Origin: an uncultured Planctomycetota bacterium
GTDB lineage: Bacteria; Planctomycetota; Planctomycetia; Pirellulales; Lacipirellulaceae
DNA length: 64,000 bases
Direction: 5' to 3'
NCBI GenBank assembly: GCA_963719315.1
Contig: CAVRBU010000002.1
Coordinates: forward strand, 1,856,001 to 1,920,000
Notes under the pieces: model-generated
The model's database searches: none
Told to the model about the DNA's origin: nothing
The model's input: only the letters and a program-made list of their open reading frames with translations
Position numbers and translations under genes: made by a program
Part shown: positions 12,527-24,733 of the stretch, one piece after another
How positions within the stretch are numbered: the stretch's first letter is position 1
Layout of the letters: every line of letters begins with the position of its first letter

Positions 12527-12865
12527 ATGGCTGATCCCGTTGCACTGTATGACGAAGCCGACAAGCTCAAAGACGAAGGCAAACTCGACGAAGCCGCGGC
12601 CAAGCTCCGTGAAGCGCTCCAAGCCGATTCGAGCTACGCCCTCGCCCATTCGGCGCTGGCCGTCGTGCTACAAAGACTCGGTCAGCACGAGGAAGCCATC
12701 CAACATGCCCGCAGGGCCTGCGAAATCGAGCCCAACGACCCCTTTAGTTACACGGCCCTCAGCGTCACCTACCAGCGCGCCTTCGCCGGCACGAACAATC
12801 AGCAATACATCCGCATGGCCGAAGATGCGATGGAACAAAGCCGAATGTTGCAGAGCCGGCATTAA
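12527..12865 (+). CDS. Small TPR-repeat protein
   Basis: YALAHSALAVVL...EEAIQHARRACEIEPND. Confidence 0.85.
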   Translation: MADPVALYDEADKLKDEGKLDEAAAKLREALQADSSYALAHSALAVVLQRLGQHEEAIQHARRACEIEPNDPFSYTALSVTYQRAFAGTNNQQYIRMAEDAMEQSRMLQSRH

Positions 12866-12879
12866 CTCCCTTATCTACT

Positions 12880-13404
12880 ATGACGGCGGTCTCGCCTAAT
12901 CGTCGCAGCATTTCCAGCCTGCTACGCAAAGTAGCGACGGCGATGTTTCTAATGTTTAGCATTCTGTGGGCCGTACTATGGCTGCGCAATTTCTGGCTGG
13001 CCGATGTGGCTTGGGCGCCATTACCAGGCCAAGGTTATCTCGCGTTTGCTTCCCAGCAGGGACAAATGGAACTGTCACTATACCTCCCGTTTGCTTCAAC
13101 CCCCGTTCCGCAACGACAGACATCGGCACGATGGGGAGTGCAAAGCTATACCGCCACCGGCGATAACCTATACGACGTACTGCTCCCTCGGGTTAAACTG
13201 CTGCGCTTTCGACGGTATGGAAGTATCCCGCGAACCTACGACCTGAACGCAATGGCGCCTTATTGGTTCTTGCTGCCCGTCACCTGGATGCTCGCGGCCG
13301 CGCCGTGGGTTCGATGGTCCGTGAGATTCAGCTTACGCGCTATGCTTATCGCTATGACTCTGGTAGCGGTCGCGCTTGGAGTTTACGTAACAAGCAAATG
13401 GTAA
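12880..13404 (+). CDS. Hypothetical membrane protein with C-terminal RFSLRxLL-type motif
   Basis: TM segments; RFSLRAMLIAMTLVAV. Confidence 0.7.
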   Translation: MTAVSPNRRSISSLLRKVATAMFLMFSILWAVLWLRNFWLADVAWAPLPGQGYLAFASQQGQMELSLYLPFASTPVPQRQTSARWGVQSYTATGDNLYDVLLPRVKLLRFRRYGSIPRTYDLNAMAPYWFLLPVTWMLAAAPWVRWSVRFSLRAMLIAMTLVAVALGVYVTSKW

Positions 13405-13431
13405 CTAGCTCCTCCACAATGGCGAAGTAGC

Positions 13432-15279
13432 GTGATGATTAACGCTTTTCAACTCGCCAGCGCTGCACCCGTTGCCGTGTTTGGCATGTTCGCGCTGTGG
13501 GCGGCCGCTTCGAAGCGGCATTGGTTTCTGAGAACCGCCGTCGTTGGCGGCGCGATTCTCGTGACGCTTTTGATCCCCGCCTTTGAAATCGTGGTCAGGC
13601 TGGGAGTCGAGTCGCTAGGGGTCGCAGCCGGCCTCGCCGTTTGGCGGCGCAAGAGACGCTCAATCTCGTCGATCACTGCCGGTGAACCCACGCGGGCGTT
13701 TCACGTTCAATTGTCGCTGCAGACGCTGATGCTTACAGTTGTCATCGTGGCGGTAGTCACCGCCGTAGCTTCGCGGATGCTACGGACCGCAATCGATCAA
13801 TCGTACGAATTTGCTATCGACGGCACCGCGGGCGCTGCAATTTGCTTGACGTGCGTTTGGATCGTGTGCGGCCGGGCAAATTGGCGGGTGCGATTACTGG
13901 CTTCGCCGTTGCTGGCGATTTTCTGGGGGCTGACGCAATTCAGCCTGAATTACGCCGAGCATATCGTAAGTTACTTAACCAATGTGAAAAGCGGATCCGT
14001 TTCTGAATACGTGCAGCACGCCCTACACAACTTTGCCGGGCAATTGTATTGGATTGAGGTAATCAGCGTCGGCATGGCCATTCTCTGCGCTTGGCTGTTT
14101 CTGGTGCGTCAAGCAGGCTGGTTTGATCCGTTCGATGAACTAAAAATCGCGCCGGCGGCAACCAACGCAGGTCGGCACCGAACAACAATTGCGCGGATGG
14201 TCGCGGTGATGTTATTTCTCACGTTAGTAGCGTTTCCGCTCACGTTGTTTTATCGCCTGATCACGCCCACGCCGATTCCGAACGTTACGTTGCCAGTCCA
14301 CAACGGCTACGACGATTTCGTAGCCGCTGGTTGCATGATCGGTCGGACGGCAGCGCGCAAGATACGCGCATGGGATCAGTTGTCGGATCAACAACTTACG
14401 GCGGAATTGGCAAAACAAAGTGCCGCCATCGACTTGCTGCACGAGGGCTTTAAAAAATCGTGCTGGCAGCCATATGCCTTTAAGCCTCAGCCGGAAGATG
14501 ATATTCAAGCCTTTTTTCGCGTTCTCGATGTATTGAGCGCTCGAGGAGAGTTCGCCCGCCGAGCTCACAATCTGAACATGGAGATCACGAATCAATTGGA
14601 CTATCTGCGGCTGGCGAACGCGGAGAGCTACGGCTCCGCCGCGGAAGACTACCCGAGTCCCGTAGGTCGAGATGAAAGAGGAATCCCTTACTATCTTTGG
14701 AGAGGAATTCGCCCGCGACTTTCCGCAAAGGAATGTATCGATTTAGCAGCCGAACTTTGGGAATTAGACCGTGGCCGAGAGACATGGGAGATCCGCGCCG
14801 AGCGGCGGCGCATCCGTGAAATGAACTCGGGCTGGCAGCGACATGCGAACCTAATTCTCCAAGAGTGGTGCCACACCAACCCTAACCCCTGGAAACGCGA
14901 CGAGCATTTTCGATGCGTGACAGAATTTTGAATCGTAATGGTCGGCCTCGGAATTCGCGCGTTTCAACTTGAGACTGGGCATCTACCAGCACGATTGTCC
15001 GACCTTGTGCCCAAGTATTTATCGGCCGTTCCGGACGATCCATTTGGAAGCGGAAGCCTCAAATACGGCGTGTCGGGTGAGTCGTATGTGCTCTACAGCG
15101 TGGGACCGGATGGCGACGACGGTCGGGGACAGTCGATCACCGTCACAAATGGGAAAGAAATGGGTGATTACACGGCCGACTATTTATTTCCGCTACCGCC
15201 CCCATTACCGCCACCGGCGAGTGGTTCCAATTCATCCGCTCCAGCCGATAGCGGCGCACCAGCCAAAGGCGACGACTGA
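13432..15279 (+). pseudogene. Large membrane protein interrupted by an in-frame TGA at 14929-14931
   Basis: ORFs 13432-14931 and 14938-15279 share a frame; the second has LSDLVPKYL..VPDDPF...YSVGPDG.DD, normally a C-terminal domain. Confidence 0.65.
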
Positions 15280-15392
15280 AATTAATTGCCTGCTACGCGT
15301 CTGCATCTTGCGAACTTGTGCCTGGATCGACCAATATGTGCCAAATGGCGGCGAATTAGGCATATGTCTGTCTGGCTATAAAACTCTTTGTC

Positions 15393-16793
15393 ATGAGATA
15401 TGAAATGCGCATGCGATTGTTGTTCGCCGTGGGCTTGATGTTGGCCTGTTCCCAGGCATTCGCGGACCATTCGCAAGAGGTCGAGCGGTTGGTGAAACCG
15501 CTTCTCGACTCGAAGAACATAGTCGGCTGCGTGGTCGGCGTGCTCGACAACGGCAAGCAGGAAATCTATGGCTTCGGCGAAATTCATCACGGCGCCGGCG
15601 ACAAGCCCAACGCCGACACTGTGTACGAAATCGGCTCCATGACCAAAGCGTTCACTGGCACGCTGCTCGGCGACATGGTAAATCGCGGCCTTGTGAAGCT
15701 CGATGCGCCGGTCCAGGATTTTCTGCCGCCGGATGTGAAGCTGCATCAAATCAAAGATCATCCGATCAAGTTGGTCGACGTCGCGTCCCAATCCTCCGGC
15801 CTGCCGCGGATGCCCAACAATTTTGCTCCCAAGGATGCCAAGAACCCATACGCCGACTACACGCCGGAACTGATGTTCCAATTTCTCGGAAAACTACAGC
15901 TTCAGTGCCCGCCCGGCAAATATGAATATTCGAATCTTGGCATGGGGCTGCTGGGTTACATCCTCGCGCAGAAAGCCGGCAAATCGTACGAGCAGTTGGT
16001 CGTCGAGCGGATTTGCGATCCGCTGAATATGAACGACACACGCATTACGCTCTCCGCTGAGCAGCGTAAACGGCTAGCGCCGCCGTACAACGCCGAGCTT
16101 GGCGACGAAACGAATTGGGACTTCGATGCGTTGGCCGGCGCGGGCGTGCTTCGCTCGACGGCCAATGACATTCTGAAACTGGCTGAAGCATCGCTCAGCG
16201 ACGACGACCGCCCCGTCGTGAAAGCAATTCACACGGCTTGGACACCACACTACGGCAAGCCGGGCGACATTCGCGTGGGCCTCGCCTGGCACCTGGCCCG
16301 CGACGGTGAAACTTGGTGGCACAACGGCCAAACGGCCGGCTACTCGTCAGCCCTATTTGTGTATCCCCCGAAACACTTGGCCGTTGTCGTTCTCTGCAAC
16401 ACCGCCACGGAACACACCACTCCGCTCGCCGAAAAGATCTTGCAGTCGTTGCTCGGAATGCACCCGGAGCCACTCGCGGTTCACAAAGCAGTGGAGATCG
16501 ACCCGGCGCTCCTGAAATCGTACGAAGGCACCTACGTGCTGTCGCTGGTGTTTGCGATTACGATCACCGTCGAAGATGGAAAGCTCATGGCTCGAGCCAC
16601 GAACCAGGAGAAATACCAACTCTTTCCGGATTCGGATTCCAAGTTTTTCTACAAAGTCGTAGACGCGCAGATCTCGTTCGAGAAGGACGGCAACGGAAAC
16701 GTGAACAAGCTGGTCCTGCATCAAAACGGCCAAGATATGCCCGGCATCAAAGTGCCAACTGCCGCCGCAGGCAAGAACGCGTCGAACAAGTAG
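15393..16793 (+). CDS. Serine hydrolase (beta-lactamase-like) with DUF3471-type C-terminal domain
   Basis: YEIGSMTK, YSNLG and WHNGQTAG motifs; C-terminal LKSYEGTY...LVLHQNG. Confidence 0.9.
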   Translation: MRYEMRMRLLFAVGLMLACSQAFADHSQEVERLVKPLLDSKNIVGCVVGVLDNGKQEIYGFGEIHHGAGDKPNADTVYEIGSMTKAFTGTLLGDMVNRGLVKLDAPVQDFLPPDVKLHQIKDHPIKLVDVASQSSGLPRMPNNFAPKDAKNPYADYTPELMFQFLGKLQLQCPPGKYEYSNLGMGLLGYILAQKAGKSYEQLVVERICDPLNMNDTRITLSAEQRKRLAPPYNAELGDETNWDFDALAGAGVLRSTANDILKLAEASLSDDDRPVVKAIHTAWTPHYGKPGDIRVGLAWHLARDGETWWHNGQTAGYSSALFVYPPKHLAVVVLCNTATEHTTPLAEKILQSLLGMHPEPLAVHKAVEIDPALLKSYEGTYVLSLVFAITITVEDGKLMARATNQEKYQLFPDSDSKFFYKVVDAQISFEKDGNGNVNKLVLHQNGQDMPGIKVPTAAAGKNASNK

Positions 16794-17113
16794 ACCGCGC
16801 TCCACAAACTTTTTCGCTATTCTGCGAACCCGCCTGCGCGGCGTTTGTCTCTTGGAGTGTGCGTTATCCCCGTTTTCTTGGCACCGTCTGAGAGTCCGGC
16901 TATGCAGCATTGGCATCCGCATATCGTGCGCGCCGAACGCCGCGACGCCGTTCGCCAATGGGCAGATCTCGAAAGCAAGAGCCCGACGATGCGCGATGAC
17001 ATGTATCAGAAATACGCGGAGCAGCCCGCGCCAATTTATAAGCAGCGATCGCGAATAGTGTTGCTCGCAGAACTTCTGGTCGCAGCGCTGGATACCTGGT
17101 GGAACAATTGCAG

Positions 17114-18226
17114 TTAAAGTCCCTCGTTGAGCTCCTGCAAATCTTCCGGCACGAACCGGCCGTCTTTGCGCAAGAGCTTGCCGTCGAACCAGATTTCGCC
17201 GCCGCCGTAATCCGGACGTTGGATTTGCACCAGGTCCCAATGAATGCGGCTGCGATTGCCGTTGTCGGCAATCTCGTAAGCATTGCCGGGCGTCAAGTGG
17301 AATGAGCCGCCGATTTTTTCGTCGAAAAGCGTGTCGAGCATTGGGTGCCGCACGCGGTTGTTGACGCCGATTGCCCACTCGCCGCAATAGCGGGCCCCTT
17401 CGTCGGAGTCGAGAATCTCGTTGATCTTCTTCGGTTCGTTGGCCGTCGCCCGCACGATCTTGCCGTCTTTGAACTCGAACTCGATGTTGTCGAACACCGT
17501 GCCCTGATACCGCGACTGTGTATTGAAACGAATCTGCCCATTGATGCTTTCGCGTACCGGGGCAGTAAACACTTCTCCGTCCGGAATATTGCGGTCGCCC
17601 CAGCAAGGTATGACGGGAATATCCTTGATCGAAAACTCTAGCTCAGTGCCTTCCGCCACGATTCGCACGCGATCCGTCTTCCGCATCCGCTCGGCCAATG
17701 GCTCTTGGGCCTTCCGCATCGCCGCGTAGTCGGCCGTGCAAACATCAAAATAAAAATCCTCGAACGCCGGCGTGCTCATGTTGGCCGCCTGCGCGAACGA
17801 ATCGGTCGGGTAACGAAGCACGACCCATTTGGTTTTGGCGATTCGCACATCGGTGTGGACCGTCTTCCACCAATGCGCCTGGTATAAGTCCATTTTCTCG
17901 TGCGGCACGTCGGCAAACTGGCTGCTGTTCGCCGCCCCGCGCACGCCGATGTACGCCTGCACTTCCTCCATGCGGGCACTTTCCAATTGCCCGGCCAGCT
18001 TCATGCTCTCCTCAGTCGCCGTCTGATACAGCGACCGCAGCACGGCGTTCGATTTCCAAGAAACCAGCGGCACAGCCCGGCGTTTTGCAGCCCCCTCGAC
18101 GAGCCGGCACACAAGCGTCGGATCGGGCAAATCGAATGCCTCGATGAGCACCCGCTCGCCCTTCTCGATGCGGCAGCTATGGTCGAGCAACAAATCGGCA
18201 AGCTGATTCAGGCGAGGATCGTACAT
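17114..18226 (-). CDS. Aminopeptidase, M29 (AmpS/PepS) family
   Basis: NIPDGEVFTAP, GARYCGEWAIG, LFDEKIGGSFHLTPG and SRIHWD motifs. Confidence 0.93.
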   Translation of the reverse strand: MYDPRLNQLADLLLDHSCRIEKGERVLIEAFDLPDPTLVCRLVEGAAKRRAVPLVSWKSNAVLRSLYQTATEESMKLAGQLESARMEEVQAYIGVRGAANSSQFADVPHEKMDLYQAHWWKTVHTDVRIAKTKWVVLRYPTDSFAQAANMSTPAFEDFYFDVCTADYAAMRKAQEPLAERMRKTDRVRIVAEGTELEFSIKDIPVIPCWGDRNIPDGEVFTAPVRESINGQIRFNTQSRYQGTVFDNIEFEFKDGKIVRATANEPKKINEILDSDEGARYCGEWAIGVNNRVRHPMLDTLFDEKIGGSFHLTPGNAYEIADNGNRSRIHWDLVQIQRPDYGGGEIWFDGKLLRKDGRFVPEDLQELNEGL

Positions 18227-18387
18227 GACGGACGAAGAGGACCGAGGTCAGAGACACTAAGAAATAGCCGCGACTTTACAAGTCGCCGGAAGCGACGGAA
18301 GTTTCCGCATGGGCCGACGCGGCCAACCATGATAGGCTGTTCGGCTCCGACCAACAACCGCCGCGCACGCGCCGCGGCCTATAATTC

Positions 18388-18440
18388 GTTGGGTGGGCAC
18401 TGCCCACCATTGGTAAATTGGTGGCCAGTGCCCGCCCTAC
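18388..18440. repeat. REP doublet
   Basis: GTTGGGTGGGCACTGCCCACCA...TGGTGGCCAGTGCCCGCCCTAC. Confidence 0.7.
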
Positions 18441-18459
18441 TTCAAACTCACAATTCGCG

Positions 18460-20379
18460 ATGACAACGGAAACACCACCCGCAAACCGTCCTCAAGAGAC
18501 CAAGTCCTTCGCCGAGACCGCACTCGCCCTCGGCGGCAAAAGCGCCGATGAGGCCCGTCGAACCGGCGCGATCGACACCGCCGACGATCAAGTCGAAGCC
18601 CTGTTCGCGCCGCAGTATCAAACCGTGAACAGCCCGGCCCATCGGGCCGTGTGGGATCGCGGCGTGCCGGTCGAACTGTTCATGAGCGCGCCGCCGAAGA
18701 CGCCGCCCGATGTGCAGCGCGTGATGGACGACTCGATCGCCGCGGTTCAACGTCACAAAACGGCCGGCACGCTGCTGAACGCGGATGGCAAAGTTTCGGA
18801 TGCTGTGCTGGCCGATCTGGGTACGGCCGGCTACTGGGGCTTGCTCGTCGGCAAAGAATATGGCGGCTCCGGCGCGCCGTTCAGTTCGTTCGCCCCCTTC
18901 CTTACGCGAATGGCGCTCATTGACCCGACCGTCGCCGGCCTGGCCTCGGTCCACGGCTGCATCGGCGCGGTCGATCCAGTCCGCACGTTCGGCAGCCCCG
19001 AACAAAAACAACGATTTCTCTCCGGCCTCGCCGATGGTTCCCGCCTCAGTGCGTTCGCGCTCACCGAGCCCTGCGCCGGCAGCGATCTTACCGCGCTCCG
19101 CACCACCGCCCGACTGGAAGGCGATGAGTACATTGTGAACGGCGAAAAGCTGTTTATCACGAACGTGGTGCCCGGCCGCACGATCGGCTTGGTCTGCTTG
19201 ATTGACGGCAAACCAGCCGTGCTTATCGTCGAATTGCCGCCCCAAGAGAATGAACACTTTCAGCTCCGCAAATATGGCCTGTGGGCGCTCAAACAAACGT
19301 ACAACCGCGGCATCGTCTTCCGCGATTTCCGCGTCCCGGCCGCGAATCTGCTCGCGGCGCCCCGCGGCGACGGCCTGACGATCGCTTACCACGGCCTGAA
19401 CTTGGGCCGCGTCGCCTTGTGCGCAAACGCAGCCGGCACGATGCGTCTGATGATGGCCAACATCATCCCCTGGGCTCGCTTCCGCCGCACCTACGGAGCA
19501 CCGATCGCTTCCCGCGAGCTTGTCGAACGGCGTCTCGGCGAATTGGCCGGCCTCATCGTCGGCTGTGATGCCCTCGTCGCCTGGTGTGCCGGCCTGATCG
19601 ACCGCGGCTATCGCGGCGAAATGGAATGCATCGTGGCCAAGATTTTCGGCAGCGAATCCCAGAAGCACGCCGCGGTCGAATACTTCATGAAAACCCACGG
19701 CGGCCGCTCCTTCCTGCACGGCCACAGCTTCGGCGACAACATCCACGAATATCTCGCTCCCTGCATCTACGAAGGCGAAGGCGAAATGCTCGGAATGGGG
19801 TTCTTCAAGTCGCTCGTAAAGCACCACGGCAAAACGTTTTTCGAGCCGATCGGCAAAGCGCTTGCCGCCGCCGGCATCCGCCAGCCGAACCCAATGAACC
19901 CGGCGCACCTGTGGGCCCTCCGAAGCGTCGCGCTGCCGTACATGAAATGGGTTGCCGCCAAGCGTTTGCGCCCGCTCCCCGCAGCGCAACTGCCGCACAT
20001 GCCGAAGCCGCTCCGCGAGCATGCCGAATTCGCTTGCGAGCGGCTGCAACGCATGGCGCTCGAAATCTCCGGCACCATGAGCCGCTTCCAACTAAAACTG
20101 GCCGATCGCCAGTGCCGCATGGCCGAGCTTTCGCTACGTTGCCAGGATATGATTACAATTCTTACCACGAGCATGTACGGTGCCCGCAGCGACGACCAAC
20201 TCATTCAGGACGCGGCCGACATCCTGTGCGAGAACCTGCGGCAGAAGTTGTTGGGCCGCCGGCCGTCGAACAACTACTTCCGTCGCGTGACGGCCCTCGG
20301 CGCGGCAATCGCCGAAGGCCAGTTCGGCTCCATCGCCGGCATCGAAGCCGAAGCCATCCTGATGCCGTATGAGCAGTGA
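18460..20379 (+). CDS. Acyl-CoA dehydrogenase family protein
   Basis: [26 protein letters not shown] and IYEGEGE motifs. Confidence 0.92.
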   Translation: MTTETPPANRPQETKSFAETALALGGKSADEARRTGAIDTADDQVEALFAPQYQTVNSPAHRAVWDRGVPVELFMSAPPKTPPDVQRVMDDSIAAVQRHKTAGTLLNADGKVSDAVLADLGTAGYWGLLVGKEYGGSGAPFSSFAPFLTRMALIDPTVAGLASVHGCIGAVDPVRTFGSPEQKQRFLSGLADGSRLSAFALTEPCAGSDLTALRTTARLEGDEYIVNGEKLFITNVVPGRTIGLVCLIDGKPAVLIVELPPQENEHFQLRKYGLWALKQTYNRGIVFRDFRVPAANLLAAPRGDGLTIAYHGLNLGRVALCANAAGTMRLMMANIIPWARFRRTYGAPIASRELVERRLGELAGLIVGCDALVAWCAGLIDRGYRGEMECIVAKIFGSESQKHAAVEYFMKTHGGRSFLHGHSFGDNIHEYLAPCIYEGEGEMLGMGFFKSLVKHHGKTFFEPIGKALAAAGIRQPNPMNPAHLWALRSVALPYMKWVAAKRLRPLPAAQLPHMPKPLREHAEFACERLQRMALEISGTMSRFQLKLADRQCRMAELSLRCQDMITILTTSMYGARSDDQLIQDAADILCENLRQKLLGRRPSNNYFRRVTALGAAIAEGQFGSIAGIEAEAILMPYEQ

Positions 20380-21562
20380 ACCAACGAACGGCGAATCATC
20401 CACCGACGCCGCACCCTCACCGTTGCGCAGCGTTCATACGACGAACTTTCCGGCGATCCTCGACCAGCTCGGCAGCTCGTTGCTCGTTACCACGTATCAA
20501 GCCGGCAAGCTCGTCGTCGTGCGGTCCGATGGCGGCGTGATCAACACGCACTTTCGTGCCTTCAACAAGCCGATGGGCATGGCCGTCGGCCGCGGCCGGT
20601 TGGCGATCGGAGCTGCCGTCGATGTGTGGGAATTTCGCAATGTGCCCGCCGTCGCGGCCAAGCTCGACCCGCCCGGCAAGCACGATGCGTGCTACCTGCC
20701 CCGCTCGGCACACGTCACGGGCGATATCCAGATTCACGAAATGGCGTATGTGGGAGCGGCCTCTGACCGCGATGGGGGAGTGAGTAGTCAAGGCCGCATC
20801 GGCGTCGGAGACGCCTCCCACTCAAAGGCAGACGACGAGCTCTGGTTCGTCAACACCCGCTTCTCCTGCCTCGCGACGCACGACCCGGACCACAGCTTCG
20901 CGCCCGTGTGGCGGCCAAAATTCATTTCGCAACTCACGCCGGACGACCGCTGCCACCTGAACGGCCTGGGCCTAAAAGATGGCCGACCGACCTGGGTCAC
21001 CGCCCTCGGCGAAACCGACACAGCCGGCGGCTGGCGCGAAAACAAAAAGAGTGGCGGAATTCTCATCGACCTCGAGTCGAACGAGATCGTCGCCCGCGGC
21101 CTGTCGATGCCCCACTCGCCGCGCTGGCACGCCGGCCGACTCTGGCTGCTCGAATCCGGCACCGGCAGCCTGGGCTTCGTCGATCTCAACAACGGCCGTT
21201 ACGAGCCAATCGCTCGACTCGATGGTTTTACGCGCGGCCTTGATCTGGTCGGCAACCTTGCGTTCATCGGCCTCTCGCAAGTCCGCGAGACGGCCATTTT
21301 CAGCGGCATCCAAATCACCGAACGCCTGCAGGAAACCGAACGCACCTGCGGCGTCTGGGTCGTGGATATCCAACGCGGCCAGGTCGTCGCATTTCTGAAA
21401 TTCGAGGAGGCGGTGCAAGAAGTGTTCGCAGTCGCGTTGCTGCCGGGAGTCCGCTTTCCCGACCTCATCAACGACAACGCGGAACTCGTCGGCAGCTCAT
21501 TCGTTCTGCCCGACGACGCCCTCCGCGACGTCCCGGCCGAACTCCGTGCCGGACCCAACTGA
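20369..21562 (+). CDS. TIGR03032 / DUF4915 family protein
   Basis: [28 protein letters not shown] and LSMPHSPRW motifs. Confidence 0.9.
   Translation: MSSEPTNGESSTDAAPSPLRSVHTTNFPAILDQLGSSLLVTTYQAGKLVVVRSDGGVINTHFRAFNKPMGMAVGRGRLAIGAAVDVWEFRNVPAVAAKLDPPGKHDACYLPRSAHVTGDIQIHEMAYVGAASDRDGGVSSQGRIGVGDASHSKADDELWFVNTRFSCLATHDPDHSFAPVWRPKFISQLTPDDRCHLNGLGLKDGRPTWVTALGETDTAGGWRENKKSGGILIDLESNEIVARGLSMPHSPRWHAGRLWLLESGTGSLGFVDLNNGRYEPIARLDGFTRGLDLVGNLAFIGLSQVRETAIFSGIQITERLQETERTCGVWVVDIQRGQVVAFLKFEEAVQEVFAVALLPGVRFPDLINDNAELVGSSFVLPDDALRDVPAELRAGPN
20750..20821. repeat. REP doublet inserted in frame in the TIGR03032 gene
   Basis: GTGGGAGCGGCCTCTGACCGCGA...TCGGCGTCGGAGACGCCTCCCAC; 72 nt = 24 codons. 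Confidence 0.75.
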
Positions 21563-21566
21563 AAAT

Positions 21567-21614
21567 GTTGGGTGGCATGCCTTCGCCGCAGCAGCGGCGT
21601 AGGCATGCCACCCA
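21567..21614. repeat. Palindromic repeat, GGCATGCCT family (second copy near 12431-12468)
   Basis: TGGGTGGCATGCCTTCGCCGC...GCGGCGTAGGCATGCCACCCA. Confidence 0.7.
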
Positions 21615-21725
21615 GTACGCGACTCAGCCGCATGGTGAACTCGGTCCACCCTCTTGTTACAATGGCCACAAGCGCCGGCGTTCTACGCAGGCCGTCCAAT
21701 TCTCTTTCGATGAGGCGGCGTATCA

Positions 21726-22626
21726 TGATTGCTCGATCAATCTCATTGCTACTTGTACTAGGTTGCGTCGGAGTGCCGATCAGCCGCGCTGCCGATGCGC
21801 CGTCTCCGGGCAAGCTCGGCAAATTGCGGGCGCTCATCATCGATGGCCAGAATAATCACGACTGGAAAACCACGACCCCGCGCTTGAAAAAGCGCTCGAA
21901 CCGAGCGGTCGATTCACGGTCGATGTGGCCACCTCGCCGCCCACCGGCAAAATGACGAGCGACTTCCGGCCCAAGTTCGCCTCGTACGACGTCATCCTCA
22001 GCAACTACAACGGCGAGCCCTGGCCCAAGCAGACAGAACAAGATTTCGAGTCGTACGTCGCCGGCGGAGGCGGCTTCGTTTCCGTCCACGCCGCCGACAA
22101 CTCGTTCGCCGATTGGCCCGCATACAACCGCATGATCGGCCTCGGCGGCTGGCGCGGCCGCACGGAAAAATCGGGCCCCTACGTCTATCTCGACAGCCAG
22201 GGCGCCGAACGGCGCGACCAGTCGCCGGGCGCCGGTGGCCACCACGGCCAGCAGCATCCGTTTCAAATTCGCGCACGCGACGCCGAGCACCCGATCATGC
22301 ACGGTCTGCCACCCGTGTGGATGCACACCAAGGACGAGCTCTACGACAGCCTCCGCGGGCCGGCCGAAAGTCTGCACATTCTCGCCACCGCCTACTCCGA
22401 CCCACAATTCGGAGGCACCGGCCGCCACGAACCGATGCTCATGACGCTCGATTACGGCAACGGCCGCGTGTTTCACACCGTGCTAGGCCACGCCGACTAC
22501 TCGATCAACTGCGTCGGTTTCGTCACCACGCTGCAACGCGGCGCCGAATGGGCCGCCACCGGCAAAGTGACCATCCCCGTGCCCAAGGATTTCCCCACGG
22601 CCAACAAGGAACAGTCCATCAAGTAA
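21726..22626 (+). CDS. ThuA-like (class I glutamine amidotransferase-fold) secreted protein; frameshift near 21890
   Basis: [12 protein letters not shown] in one frame and VSVHAADN...DELY...RVFHTVLGH in the next; one extra A in the A-run joins them. Confidence 0.85.
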
Positions 22627-22634
22627 CGCAGCCG

Positions 22635-23057
<423 letters not shown>

Positions 23058-23095
23058 TCCGTACGCCGGGCTAGCTGGCCTGGGAGAAGCTAATC

Positions 23096-24209
23096 ATGCG
23101 ACTGACCAACGGCATCTTGTTGGCCTTAACGCTCGCGACGACTTGCCGCGCAAATGGAGCCGATTGTCCTCGGCAAAGACGGCCTCACGTTCGCGTTCGC
23201 CCAATCGGGCCACCGCTTCGTCCCGTCGGGCCACAACTACGCGGCGGGCAACAGGCTGCTGGAGGATTATTGGGACTCCGAATGGGAATCGGTCGCCCAG
23301 GACTTTCGCGAAATGCGCGACATCGGCGCGAATATCGTCCGCATTCACCTGCAGGTGGCCCGCTTCATGGATGCGCCCGATCGACCCAACGCCAAGTCGC
23401 TCGCGCAATTAGCCAAGCTGATTCGTTGGGCCGAGAAGCTCGGCATTTACCTCGACATCACCGGCCTCGGCTGCTACCGCACCGCCGACGTGCCAAAGTG
23501 GTACGATTCGCTTTCGCAACGCGAGCGTTGGCGGGTTCAAGCCAACTTCTGGACCGCCGTCGCCGAGGTCGGCGCCAAGAGCCCGGCGATTTTCTGCTAC
23601 GACTTGATGAACGAGCCGGTCGTGCCGGGCGAACAGCGCAAGCCAGGCGAGTGGTATTCAGGCAAACCGTTCGGCGGTCTCGACTTCGTGCAGTTCATAT
23701 CGCTCGATGCGCCGGATCGCCCGCGCTATGAAATCGCCGCCGAATGGATCAAAACGTTGACCCGCGCAATTCGCGCTCACGACAAACAACACCCAATCAC
23801 CGTCGGTCTGCTACCCTCCACCAAAAAGTGGGGCCACCTCTCCGGATTCGTTCCCGAGAAGGTGGCGCCAGACCTCGATTTTATTTCGGTGCACATCTAC
23901 CCCGAGAGCGGCAAACTGGACGAAGCCCGAACCGTCGTCCAGCAGTTCGCGGTCGGCAAGCCGTTGGTGATCGAAGAAACGTTCAATCTCACGTGCTCTC
24001 CGCCGGAGCTGCGAACATTCTTGCTCGAATCGCGCGATAAGGCTTGCGGCTGGATCGGGCACTACGGCGGCGAAACGATCGCCGACTTGAACGCTTTGGA
24101 AAAATCGGGCCAACTCACGATAGCGCAAGCCATGGGCCGCCAGTGGCTGGAGCTCTTCCAAGCGTTGCGGCCGGAGATGATGGGCGAAACGATCCCAACC
24201 GCAAAGTAA
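23096..24209 (+). CDS. Cellulase-family (GH5-like) glycoside hydrolase; signal peptide frameshifted near 23153
   Basis: GANIVRIHL, YDLMNEP, ISVHIYP and LVIEE motifs; the signal peptide is in the upstream frame. Confidence 0.8.
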
Positions 24210-24266
24210 ACTCGCCGCTACTGCCGCCGAATCAACTCCGAAACATCCCCGCGCCCAGAATGACGA

Positions 24267-24533
24267 TTGAGGGAACCTTCGATAGATGTCTCGTCGCGGC
24301 AAAGCACGCACGAACTCGGCCACGTCTGCCTCGATGAACAAACCAATTCGATAGTTCTCAACGCGGATGCGGTACGCGTTCGTGCTTCCTCTGATCTTTT
24401 TGATATTGGGTACGTCGGACCAGCTCGTCGCGGCTTCGAGGTCAAAGATCGCTTGACGTATTCTGGCACAGATTTGGTCGCTGCGAATCCGCTTCAGATC
24501 GCGGCCAAAGCTCGCACGAAACGTCGTTCTCAA
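24267..24533 (-). CDS. RelE/ParE family toxin; expected stop codon reads CAA
   Basis: SFGRDLKRI, NIKKIRG, YRIRVENYRIG and RRDIYRRFP motifs. Confidence 0.85.
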
Positions 24534-24733
24534 CGCTTACTCTCCAAGTGATCGATGACTTCTGAGCGGTTGATGAACTCGGTTTGTCGGCCTTCCTCCA
24601 TCTGCCGCAGCAGCGCAAGGTCTTCAAGCACTTCCACAAGAATGTCCTTCAGCATCTCGCTGTTTTCGAGCATGACCTCTTTGAGTGCATCTTTTACAGC
24701 CTGCTTCAATTCCTGTCGTTCAACGGTGGACAT
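24530..24733 (-). CDS. Putative antitoxin
   Basis: 67-aa acidic ORF overlapping the toxin start by 4 nt; EVLEDLALLRQMEEG...RSEV. Confidence 0.8.
   Translation of the reverse strand: MSTVERQELKQAVKDALKEVMLENSEMLKDILVEVLEDLALLRQMEEGRQTEFINRSEVIDHLESKR

Noticed and set aside
16845..17117. Small ORF convergent with the aminopeptidase gene
   Set aside because: No recognisable motif or clear RBS; it may be real but cannot be supported.
21880..21895. Frameshifts in the ThuA, GH5 (~23153), DUF4105 (~25418), S41 (~55157), FGE (~58441) and redoxin genes as programmed frameshifting or phase variation
   Set aside because: Mostly single-base indels, often in short homopolymers, scattered over unrelated genes; most simply long-read assembly errors. 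A read pileup would decide.
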